Source: Lentisphaerota bacterium
GTDB lineage: Bacteria; Verrucomicrobiota; Kiritimatiellia; CAIQIC01; Lenti-01
Assembly (NCBI GenBank): GCA_012514035.1
Contig: JAAZBB010000075.1
Span: 876 to 64,875, forward strand
Direction: 5' to 3'
Length of the DNA stretch: 64,000 bases
The notes under the pieces are model-generated. The model was not told the DNA's origin and made no database searches. It was given only the letters and a program-made list of their open reading frames with translations. How positions within the stretch are numbered: position 1 is the first letter of the stretch; every line of letters begins with the position of its first letter. Of this stretch, positions 7,455 to 15,173 are shown piece by piece. A program made the position numbers and the translations under genes.

Positions 7455-10154
7455 ATGCGCAATACTGTACATATGAAGCGGTTTCGTCTATGGGCCGGAG
7501 CGGGTGCCGGCTTGCTGAAGGCGATTGTCCTTATGCTGGCCGTTCCGGCCAGCGCGGCGAATCATCCGCTGGGATGGGGATTGAACGGCAGCGAACAGGC
7601 GTCGCCCGTGCCTACCAACGCAATGACCGATGTCGCCACCATTGCGGCGGGTCATTATCACAGCTTGGCGTTGAAAAACGGGCGGGTGTGGGCATGGGGC
7701 GACAACTCCGCCGGGCAGATCGATGTGCCGGTTGCCGCCCAAAGCGCAGTCAGCAACATGGCCGCCGGTGCTGAATTCAGCATGGCGCTGCGCAATGACG
7801 GGTCGGTGGTTGTTTGGGGGGCGGACATCGTTCGGACCAACATGCCGGCTGCAGCGACCAGCGGGGTCTCGCAAGTGGCCGCGGGCGAAGCCCATGCCCT
7901 GGCCTTGAAAGACGGCGCGGTGATCGCCTGGGGCGCCAACACCTATGGTCAATGCGATGTTCCTGCGGAATTGACCAGTGGGGTTTCCGCCATATCCGCC
8001 GGGGGCTACTACAGCCTGGCGCTCAAAAATGGCGGCGTGCACGTGTTTGGCATATCATCCAGCAACCCCCTCAGCTACAGCATCCGAGATGTGCCGTTGA
8101 CCGCCACCAGCGGCGTCTCGGCCATTGCCGCGGGACACTGGCATGGCCTGGCTCTGAAAAACGGCGGCGTAATTGCCTGGGGCACGCCGCAATACGGTGC
8201 CACCAATGTTCCGGCCGCGGCGACCAGCGGGGTCACCGCCATTGCGGCGGGAAACATGTTCAGCATCGCCTTGAAAACCAACGGGACGCTGGTCATCTGG
8301 GGTGATGATTTCAATGGCCAGACGAATATCCCCAGTTTCGCCACGAGCGGTGTCACCCGGATTGCCGCCGGGTTCGGCCATTGCCTGGCCATATGCGCCG
8401 GCATGCCGCCGCGGATGTTTTCCACCCTGCTGCCGGACGCGTATCGGACCTATCCCTATTCCCACACTTTGTCCGCCACCGGCGATCCCCGGGTCGTGTT
8501 TTCAGGTTCACTTCCCGGATGGCTGAATCTCAATGCCAACAGCGGCGCGTTGACCGGCACCCCCACGACGCTGGGGATGAACTACCTGACAATCGTCACC
8601 ACGAATATCCATGGCAAATTAACCAACTCTTTCACGATTAATGTCCTGGAACGGCCCCCGGAAAAACCGGTGTTCGTGACCACCAGTCCGCTGCCAAACG
8701 GCACCGTCGGCGTGAGCTATTCCCGGCAGATTGTGGCCAGTAACAATCCGGTCTTTTCTCTGATTTCCGGCGGCGGCAATTTGCCGGCGGGGCTGACGCT
8801 GTCCACCAACGGACTGATCAGCGGGATTCCCGCCACGGAGGAGGTCCGGCAGTTCACCGTGCGGGCCACCAATGTGGTTGGCGCCAGCACTCGGGTCTAC
8901 CAGATCACGATTCTCCAGCCCACGGAACCGCCGGTATTCGTGACGACCAGTCCGCTGCCCAGCGGGACGGTCGGCCAGCCGTATTCGCGACAGATCGTCG
9001 CCAACAACGGACCCACCTTCAGCCTGCTGGCCGGCAGTTTGCCGGACGGACTGGAATTGACACCCTCGGGGTTGTTGAATGGAACCCCGATCCTTACGGG
9101 AGCGTATACTTTTACGTTGCTGGCCACCAATGCGGCCGGGGCCAGCAACCGCGTGTATGATCTGGAAATTCGCGGACCGCCTGCACTGCTAACGGAAAGT
9201 CCCTTGCCCAACGGCGGGCTTTACGCGCCATATTCGGTGCAATTGGAGGCAACCGGCAACCCGGTGTTCAGCCTGGAATCCGGCAATCCGCCGGCCGGGT
9301 TGACCTTGTCGGCCGGCGGCCTGTTGACCGGCGTTCCCACCGTTTTGGATACATTCTATTTCACGGTTCAGGTGACCAATTCCTATGGGTCGGCCAGTCG
9401 CATGTACGAACTGACCATTGAACCGCCAGAAGGACCGCCGTTCTTCGTCACGACCAGCCCCTTGTCGGAGGGCGTTGTGGCTCAGTCCTATTCATTCCAG
9501 GTCGAAGCCGGCAACTTCCCGTCGGCCATCACGCTCTATTCCGGAGCGCTGCCGGCGGGTCTGAACCTGTCAGCGGCCGGACTGGTGTCCGGGACTCCGA
9601 CTTCAGCGGGGACCTTCAATTTCACCCTGCGCGCCACCAACATGTGGGGGTGGGATGATCGGGCCTTCGATTTGCAGGTATACGGCCCGCCGGTGTTTCT
9701 CACGCCCAGTCCCCTGCCGCAGGGCATCTTGAACGTGTCCTATTCCCTGCAACTCCAGGCATCAGAGGCCGATGCCTTCAGCATTGTGGCCGGAACCCTG
9801 GCCGGCGGCCTGGGGTTGAGCGCCGACGGCCTCATCAGCGGAACGCCAACGGTCGCGACCAACTGGAATTTCACCGTGAGGGCCACCAACGATTACGGCT
9901 GGACCAATCGCGTGTTCGCTCTTTCAATCCAAAGCATCCTGCTGCCGCCGGAATTTACCTTCATCCGATGGACGAACACCGGCATTCGCCTGGAATGGTC
10001 CAATCCCAATCCCGTGGGCGTCATCCAGGTCTGGCGCGCCACGAACATCACCAAGCCCCCCGTGCCTTGGACCAATCTCGGAGCACAAACCTCGCCCTGG
10101 ACCAATGTGGCTCCGCCGATGCCGTCCTACTACCAACTGCGTGCCGTGCCGTAA
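7455..10154 (+). CDS. Secreted RCC1-repeat beta-propeller protein fused to six tandem putative-Ig (dystroglycan/cadherin-like) domains and a C-terminal beta-sandwich
   Basis: Signal peptide MKRFRLWAGAGAGLLKAIVLMLAVPASA. The RCC1 repeat unit AAGxxHSLALKNGxVxAWGxNxxGQ occurs about 7 times. Six repeats of about 86 aa with the consensus PVFVTTSPLPxGTVGxxYSxQIxAxxxPxFSLxxGxLPxGLxLSxxGLISGTP. An alternative start is at 7473. Confidence 0.65.
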   Translation: MRNTVHMKRFRLWAGAGAGLLKAIVLMLAVPASAANHPLGWGLNGSEQASPVPTNAMTDVATIAAGHYHSLALKNGRVWAWGDNSAGQIDVPVAAQSAVSNMAAGAEFSMALRNDGSVVVWGADIVRTNMPAAATSGVSQVAAGEAHALALKDGAVIAWGANTYGQCDVPAELTSGVSAISAGGYYSLALKNGGVHVFGISSSNPLSYSIRDVPLTATSGVSAIAAGHWHGLALKNGGVIAWGTPQYGATNVPAAATSGVTAIAAGNMFSIALKTNGTLVIWGDDFNGQTNIPSFATSGVTRIAAGFGHCLAICAGMPPRMFSTLLPDAYRTYPYSHTLSATGDPRVVFSGSLPGWLNLNANSGALTGTPTTLGMNYLTIVTTNIHGKLTNSFTINVLERPPEKPVFVTTSPLPNGTVGVSYSRQIVASNNPVFSLISGGGNLPAGLTLSTNGLISGIPATEEVRQFTVRATNVVGASTRVYQITILQPTEPPVFVTTSPLPSGTVGQPYSRQIVANNGPTFSLLAGSLPDGLELTPSGLLNGTPILTGAYTFTLLATNAAGASNRVYDLEIRGPPALLTESPLPNGGLYAPYSVQLEATGNPVFSLESGNPPAGLTLSAGGLLTGVPTVLDTFYFTVQVTNSYGSASRMYELTIEPPEGPPFFVTTSPLSEGVVAQSYSFQVEAGNFPSAITLYSGALPAGLNLSAAGLVSGTPTSAGTFNFTLRATNMWGWDDRAFDLQVYGPPVFLTPSPLPQGILNVSYSLQLQASEADAFSIVAGTLAGGLGLSADGLISGTPTVATNWNFTVRATNDYGWTNRVFALSIQSILLPPEFTFIRWTNTGIRLEWSNPNPVGVIQVWRATNITKPPVPWTNLGAQTSPWTNVAPPMPSYYQLRAVP

Positions 10155-10284
10155 CCAGCGCCGGTTCGATGTCCGGTGAACCCTGGCCCGGACGCGTCTG
10201 CCATGCGGGACAAGTGATTTCGACTTCGGCGCGGAGCCCTGCGCTCAACATGCCCGGGCTGTTGCTGCCGTCCAAGTTGGGGGT

Positions 10285-10335
10285 TCGGTATCGAGTGCGG
10301 GGACAAGGGCGCTCTGCGCCGCGGCCCCGCTTTTT
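10285..10335. repeat. Degenerate solo fragment (M3-like module) of the MITE/REP-like family
   Basis: TCGAGTGCGGGGACAAGGGCGCTCTGCGCCGCGGCCCCGCTTTTT compared with the M3 consensus. Confidence 0.4.
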
Positions 10336-10421
10336 ATCCAACCGGCAGGCCAGGGTGGTGACTTGACGCCAGGGAGAAAGACCGTTCCTTCCCCGGCGAA
10401 GTTGGGCGCCCCGCCCCGGTT

Positions 10422-12062
10422 CTATCCCTTGACTGACTTCTTGATGCGGTTGACGTGGCCGCGCCCCAACCCTTTCACCTCGCAGCCAAGCTCGAAGTAG
10501 CGCCGGATTTTCGCGTCATCCAGCATGCCAAAGCAGTCGATGATGGCCACGGGCTTGCCGGCCATCGCGACCACTTCATCGGGGGGCAGGCCCATATAGG
10601 CATGATGGCGGACGGCGAAGATGATCACATCGACATCCCGGAGGGAGGTTGGGAGATCCTGGTTGACGGCCAGGGCAGACAGCTTGTCCTGGTTGCGGAA
10701 GAACCGTTTGAGACTGTGGGCATTGGAGGGATAGGAATCCTGTGCTTCGAACTCCCACCAGTGCTGGACGTATGGATCGTGGACGCGGATTTCCGCGCCC
10801 ATTTCGGCCAGTTTGCGGACGATGAGTTCGGAGCCGCTGTAACGGGTGTCGCCGACGTCTTCGCGGTAGGAGGCGCCCAGCAGCAGCACCTCTGCCGCGG
10901 CGATGGGCCGGTCCATGTTGCGCAGGGCATCGCGCACCATCTCTGCCGCTCGCAGTCCGCGGGTGTCGTTGATGTTGATGGCGGTCGGCGTCATTTTGAA
11001 GATGGTGTCCTTCCAGCCGAGGATATGCTTGTAGGCCCACATGCCCAGCCCGCCGTCCTTGGGCAGGCAGTACCCGCCAATGCCCGGACCGGGGAAGATG
11101 ATGTTGCTGTGGGTGGGGCGGACCTTGATGGCTCGGATGACTTTGACCAGGTCCACGCCGTTCTGCTCGGCAAACAGGCTCCATTCGTCCAGAAACGCCA
11201 GGATGGTGGCCCGATAGCTGTTCTCAACGATTTTGGCGGTCTCCGATTCGATCGGCCGGTCCAGCACTGTCAGCGGAAAATCCCTGGTGTTGAGCACTTC
11301 GTTGAGAAACTTGACCACGCGCTGGCGGGCCGATTCGTTGACGCCCGCGCAGACCCGCCAGAAATCGCGGATGCTTTTGACATAGTCGCGGCCGGGCATG
11401 ACGCGCTCGTAGCTGTGGGCGAGGAGAGGTTCGGTGGCGATTCCGCGTTTTTTGAAGATCTTCTTGAACTGCGGGTAGGCAACCTGCTCGGTGGTGCCGG
11501 GGGCAACGGTGGTTTCAATCAGCACCAGGCAATCCGGCCGGATACGCTCGGCGATGGTTCCAAAGGACTTTTCCAGGGCGGCCATGTCGGCCTGGCCGGT
11601 AGCGAGGTCGCCGAGGGATTCCTTGAGATAGTCGCATTGGACGTCCACCACGACGCAGTCCACCAGCTTGAGCACGTCTTCATTGTAGGTGGCTATCAGC
11701 GTGTGCTTATCGAGAACGCAGCGCCGGATCATCGGGTCGACTTCCGGATCCTCGGCCTTGACCGGGGATTCGCCGCGATTGAGCAGGTGAATCTTCCAGA
11801 AGCTGCGGGTGCTGGGGCGCTGGACACCGATCACGAACTTGGTTGACCGGCCTGCGGCATCCTTCGTATCGGCGATAATGGCCGCCATGACTGCGCCGAC
11901 AAACCCAACCCCCAGCACGGCCACGATTTCCCGTCCAGCGGCGCGATTCTGCTCGACCAGTGTGGCAATCCGGCTGAATTCCGCCGGGTAATCGGACGGC
12001 CGCGGCAGGGGGAATTTTTCTCCGGCGGGGCTGACGCTGTATTTGGGCTCAGTGATTTCCAT
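10422..12062 (-). CDS. Nucleotide-sugar dehydrogenase (UDP-glucose/GDP-mannose dehydrogenase family; UDP-ManNAc/UDP-GlcNAc dehydrogenase-like)
   Basis: Internal Met (MEITEPKY) of ORF 10422..12227, preceded by GAAGGA. N-terminal NAD-binding IVAVLGVGFVGAV. GPGIGGYCLPKDG catalytic-Cys motif. Confidence 0.7.
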   Translation of the reverse strand: MEITEPKYSVSPAGEKFPLPRPSDYPAEFSRIATLVEQNRAAGREIVAVLGVGFVGAVMAAIIADTKDAAGRSTKFVIGVQRPSTRSFWKIHLLNRGESPVKAEDPEVDPMIRRCVLDKHTLIATYNEDVLKLVDCVVVDVQCDYLKESLGDLATGQADMAALEKSFGTIAERIRPDCLVLIETTVAPGTTEQVAYPQFKKIFKKRGIATEPLLAHSYERVMPGRDYVKSIRDFWRVCAGVNESARQRVVKFLNEVLNTRDFPLTVLDRPIESETAKIVENSYRATILAFLDEWSLFAEQNGVDLVKVIRAIKVRPTHSNIIFPGPGIGGYCLPKDGGLGMWAYKHILGWKDTIFKMTPTAININDTRGLRAAEMVRDALRNMDRPIAAAEVLLLGASYREDVGDTRYSGSELIVRKLAEMGAEIRVHDPYVQHWWEFEAQDSYPSNAHSLKRFFRNQDKLSALAVNQDLPTSLRDVDVIIFAVRHHAYMGLPPDEVVAMAGKPVAIIDCFGMLDDAKIRRYFELGCEVKGLGRGHVNRIKKSVKG

Positions 12063-12268
12063 GGCAGGGTCCTTCTGGGGTGGCGGTTGATTGAGAATCC
12101 GGTGCGCAGAATCGCGCTTTCCGGAAATTTCATCAACGGAAAACGATCCACAGCCGGCCAAATCGCCAGGGCCAAGGCACCCCCCGGTCGGGGCAGGACC
12201 GCACAGATGAGCTCCGGCACCGTGCATCCGTCGCCCACGGTTGTTCAGGTCTATGACATGATAAAATT

Positions 12269-12377
12269 GCAGACTTTATAAAGTGTGCGACAGAGAAATA
12301 TATAATATATACAGGAAAATTCTTCGATCTTATTCCATTATAGTTAACTTTATATATGGACACTTTATAAAGTCTGC
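12269..12377. promoter_or_regulatory. AT-rich island (about 75% AT in a 63% GC context) bounded by two copies of an 18-bp element, GCAGACTTTATAAAGTGT, in inverted orientation. Each copy contains the perfect 12-bp palindrome ACTTTATAAAGT. TATAAT-like hexamers lie between the copies.
   Basis: Palindromes read directly at about 12273..12284 and 12362..12373. The island lies upstream of the minus-strand nucleotide-sugar dehydrogenase gene and downstream of the ilvC terminator. Confidence 0.5.
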
Positions 12378-12436
12378 GGATACCGACATTCTTGTTCGTG
12401 GCGGACAAAAGCCGGGCGGCGGTCCGTGACGCGGGG

Positions 12437-12472
12437 CAAAAAACGCCCGCCGGGGATGATTCCGGCGGGCGG
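12437..12472 (-). terminator. Rho-independent terminator of ilvC
   Basis: On the minus strand, CGCCCGCCGG-AATCATCC-CCGGCGGGCG is followed by TTTTTTG. It lies 18-50 nt downstream of the ilvC stop. Confidence 0.7.
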
Positions 12473-12489
12473 TTGGGGGCGAGGCAGGA

Positions 12490-13590
12490 TCAGTTCTTGC
12501 CGCGGCCCTTAACCCCGGCGGCTTTGTCGGCTCCGGCCTTGGCCTTCTCGTGCGGCCGCAGAGTCCGGACTGCTGCGCCGGCCCGCCACATTTCGGAATT
12601 GCCCATCTGCCGAAGTTCGGCGTCGAGTTTCTTCTTGTAGTCGGAGGCGCCGCAGACCTTGATGACTCGCTTGGCCTCGGCCTGGCTCTTCACGGCCTTG
12701 TAGAGCTGGGCGAAGACAGGCAGGACGGCCTTCTTGAAGCGGGGCTTCCAGTCCAGCGCGCCGCGCTGGGCCGTGGCGGAGCAATTCGAGTACATCCAGT
12801 CCATGCCGTTTTCGTCCACCAGGCGGATCAGGCTCTGAGTAAGTTCTTCGACGGTTTCGTTGAAGGCCTCGGAGGGGGAGTGGCCGTTCTTGCGGAGGGT
12901 GTCGTACTGGGCCTCCATAATGCCGGCCAGGGCGCCCATCAACACGCCGCGTTCGCCCACGAGGTCGGAGGTGACTTCGTTCTCGAATGTGGTCGGGAAG
13001 AGGTAGCCCGATCCGACGGCAATGCCGATGGCCAGCGTGCGTTCACGGGCGCGCCGGGTGGCGTCCCGGGCGATCGCAAAGCTGGAATTGATGCCGACGC
13101 CGGCGAGGAAGTTGCGGCGCACCGAAGTGCCGGAGCCCTTGGGGGCCACCATGATCACATCCACATTTTTCGGGGCATCGATGCCGGTCAGCTTGCGATA
13201 GACCCAGCCGAAACCGTGGGAGAAATAGAGGGCCTTGCCCTTGGTCATAAAGGATTTGACCCGCGGCCAGACATGCTTCAAGGCGCCATCGGCCACGAGC
13301 ATCATGATGATGGTGCCTTTTTCGCAGGCCTCTTCGATGTTGAACAGCGTCCGGCCGGGCTGGAAACCGTCCTTCACGGCCCGGGCCCAGTCGTTGGCGA
13401 AGCGGGGGTCCTGGCCGACGATGACATGGATGCCGTTGTCGCGCATGTTCAGCGACTGGGCCGGGCCCTGTACGCCGTAGCCGATGACAGCCACCACCTC
13501 GTTCTTCAAGACCTGCTGCGCTTTCTTCAGGGAAAATTCGCCGCGGGTGACGATGTTTTCCTTCACGCCGCCGAAATCGATTCTGGCCAT
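12490..13590 (-). CDS. ilvC: Ketol-acid reductoisomerase
   Basis: N-terminus MARIDFGGVKENIVTRGEF...VAVIGYGVQGPAQSLNMRDNG is typical of class I KARI. GAAGGAG Shine-Dalgarno sequence. C-terminal Lys/Ala-rich extension. Confidence 0.85.
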   Translation of the reverse strand: MARIDFGGVKENIVTRGEFSLKKAQQVLKNEVVAVIGYGVQGPAQSLNMRDNGIHVIVGQDPRFANDWARAVKDGFQPGRTLFNIEEACEKGTIIMMLVADGALKHVWPRVKSFMTKGKALYFSHGFGWVYRKLTGIDAPKNVDVIMVAPKGSGTSVRRNFLAGVGINSSFAIARDATRRARERTLAIGIAVGSGYLFPTTFENEVTSDLVGERGVLMGALAGIMEAQYDTLRKNGHSPSEAFNETVEELTQSLIRLVDENGMDWMYSNCSATAQRGALDWKPRFKKAVLPVFAQLYKAVKSQAEAKRVIKVCGASDYKKKLDAELRQMGNSEMWRAGAAVRTLRPHEKAKAGADKAAGVKGRGKN

Positions 13591-13672
13591 GGTTCCTTGC
13601 TCCTTCTTTCAGTTGCTCTGAAATCAACCATGGACAATAAGAGTCTTGGAGTGGCGAGGCAAGCGGGTTTTT

Positions 13673-13713
13673 CCCGGTATTTTCCGGTATTTCTTTTTCG
13701 GTATTTCCCGGGG
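13673..13713. promoter_or_regulatory. Triple direct repeat (CGGTATTTC, three copies with short spacers, flanked by CCCGG/CCGGG) in the ilvC 5' region
   Basis: CCCGGTATTTTCCGGTATTTCTTTTTCGGTATTTCCCGGG, 80-120 nt upstream of the ilvC start codon. Confidence 0.3.
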
Positions 13714-13789
13714 GGGTGTTTCGGCTGTTTGGTAGGGCGCGTTGGCTCAACGTGCCGAGTTCCGCTGTCGGTTCAGCTGCAAAAACCCA

Positions 13790-13873
13790 AAGCGACGTGG
13801 CGCTCGCCGAGTCTCGCTTCCCGCCGCACTCCAAATTTGACCGATCGGGGTCAATGAAACGGGGATGCGCCCC
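13790..13873. repeat. Partial MITE/REP-like element (M2 module plus right terminal repeat)
   Basis: AAAGCGACGTGGCGCTCGCCGAGTCTCGCTTCCCGCCGCACTCCAAATTTGACCGATCGGGGTCAATGAAACGGGGATGCGCCCC. Confidence 0.6.
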
Positions 13874-13956
13874 AAAGGATGCCGTCGCTTTCGGGGGCGG
13901 GCCGGGAATGGCACGGGGCATTCTGCGGGCCGGCGCGGCCTCCGGCAACCAGCGGG

Positions 13957-14559
13957 CTAAGAACCCGGCGCGGGAGGATGGCGTGCCGGCGGCTGGCAAA
14001 TGAACTGGACCGGCATGCGGGCGAGGCGGTCGAACATGCGGCGGTCGCCCAGAATGGGCCACCAGTCGTAGAGCAGGATCTGCAACGGGTGCCACATGGC
14101 GACCCAGCCGCAGATGATGAGTCCTTCGCGGAAGACATTCAGCCAGGGATGCGCTTCCGTCCATTGGGCCAGCGTGGCGGATGCCGCCAGCGCCAGACTG
14201 AGGAAGGTCAGGCCGATGGCCAGGCTGATCCAGCCATCGTGCAGCAGTTCGCGCAGCCGGAGGCTGGTAAACCCGGACTGGCGCTTGAAATGCTCGCGGA
14301 TGGCCTCCCCGGCATCGCGGGCGACTTCGGGCGATTCCACGGGCTCGGTCAGATGGATGGCCAAGGCCAGGGGCAGGCGGGAGGAGGATTCGCCAGCGCT
14401 GGCGACGATGTACTGCTGGGCGTCGTCGTCGAGATCCTTGGCGAGAAAGGGCGACGGATCCCGGGAATCAAACAACTGGCTCAAATTCCGGATGCGGATT
14501 TCAATGAAATGGGAATCCAAGGGGATTTCATCGCCGGAAAAGGGGGAGTTATTCGCCAT
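13957..14559 (-). CDS. Hypothetical membrane protein (soluble N-terminal about 100 aa, then 3-4 TM helices)
   Basis: Internal Met (MANNSPFSGDEIPLD) of ORF 13957..14646. No family recognised. Hydrophobic C-terminal half (WISLAIGLTFLSLALAASATL...IICGWVAMWHPLQILLYDWWPIL). Confidence 0.4.
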   Translation of the reverse strand: MANNSPFSGDEIPLDSHFIEIRIRNLSQLFDSRDPSPFLAKDLDDDAQQYIVASAGESSSRLPLALAIHLTEPVESPEVARDAGEAIREHFKRQSGFTSLRLRELLHDGWISLAIGLTFLSLALAASATLAQWTEAHPWLNVFREGLIICGWVAMWHPLQILLYDWWPILGDRRMFDRLARMPVQFICQPPARHPPAPGS

Positions 14560-14711
14560 GGCGTTGTTTCCTTGTCGCGGAGGCCGGGAGAGAGGGCGGG
14601 GATGGGGACTCGGAGACGTGCGGATTTTTGCGGGCGGGAAGGACATAGGTTTTAGTCAATTTCTTATGAAACTGATAGAGCTCGGAAAGCTCTCTGAACA
14701 CTTGACGCGGC

Positions 14712-15167
14712 TCATTCATCGGGTTCGAGCAGGGCGATGTCCGCCAGGTCTTGCGGCGAGGAGCGGAGTTTTTTCAGCAAGATGATGTCTTCGCGCCGGG
14801 CAAGCCGGATGGAAGGGTGGTCGGGCGATTCCACGAGCAAGCCGCGGTCTGCGATGGCGGCCAGTTCCGGAGAATTGGCCACGATCACGTCCACCAAAAA
14901 TTCATCGTCCGGTACCAGTTTTACGAAACGGTGCAGGGAAAGCGGCGTTCGGGGGAAGGTCCATGGTTCGCCGGGAGGCAGATAACCGCGCGCCTTCAAC
15001 ATCTCCCGTACAGCAGGTAAATGTTCAGTCTTGATCAGCAGATCTACGTCTTTGGTGAACCGCGGCCGGGCGTAGAACGCCATGGCCACCCCGCCAATCA
15101 GGGCATAGGGAATCTGCCGCTCGGCGAGATCATGCGCAATTTGCCTGAATTCACCAAATACGTCCAC
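14712..15167 (-). CDS. Minimal nucleotidyltransferase-fold (Pol-beta superfamily) protein
   Basis: IPYALIGGVAMAFY...KDVDLLI resembles the NTase G[GS]-x(n)-DhD core. 151 aa. Start is 6 nt downstream of the permease stop, so it is co-transcribed. Confidence 0.4.
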   Translation of the reverse strand: MDVFGEFRQIAHDLAERQIPYALIGGVAMAFYARPRFTKDVDLLIKTEHLPAVREMLKARGYLPPGEPWTFPRTPLSLHRFVKLVPDDEFLVDVIVANSPELAAIADRGLLVESPDHPSIRLARREDIILLKKLRSSPQDLADIALLEPDE

Positions 15168-15173
15168 AGAACC

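Noticed and set aside
6755-7476. Cluster of mutually overlapping 80-143-aa ORFs (6755..7141, 7028..7414, 7032..7436, 7036..7278, 7041..7472, 7060..7476). Analogous sets lie at 28344..29279, 29552..29924, 33538..33726, 42112..42418 and 45968..46210.
   Set aside because: All lie inside copies of the MITE/REP-like repeat. The same peptides recur because the DNA recurs (for example ...RFPPHSKFxRS...). They are read in both strands and several frames. These are repeat-generated artefacts, not a paralogous protein family.
8650-10000. Tandem repeats of about 258 bp at the DNA level as a separate repeat feature
   Set aside because: They are fully explained by the six Ig-like domain repeats of the RCC1-Ig protein-coding sequence. 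They are noted under that finding and not listed as an independent element.
14650-14700. Hairpin AGAGCT-CGGAA-AGCTCT downstream of the nucleotidyltransferase gene as a possible terminator
   Set aside because: It is not followed by a U-tract on the transcribed (minus) strand. The stem is short, at 6 bp. It is insufficient to call a rho-independent terminator.
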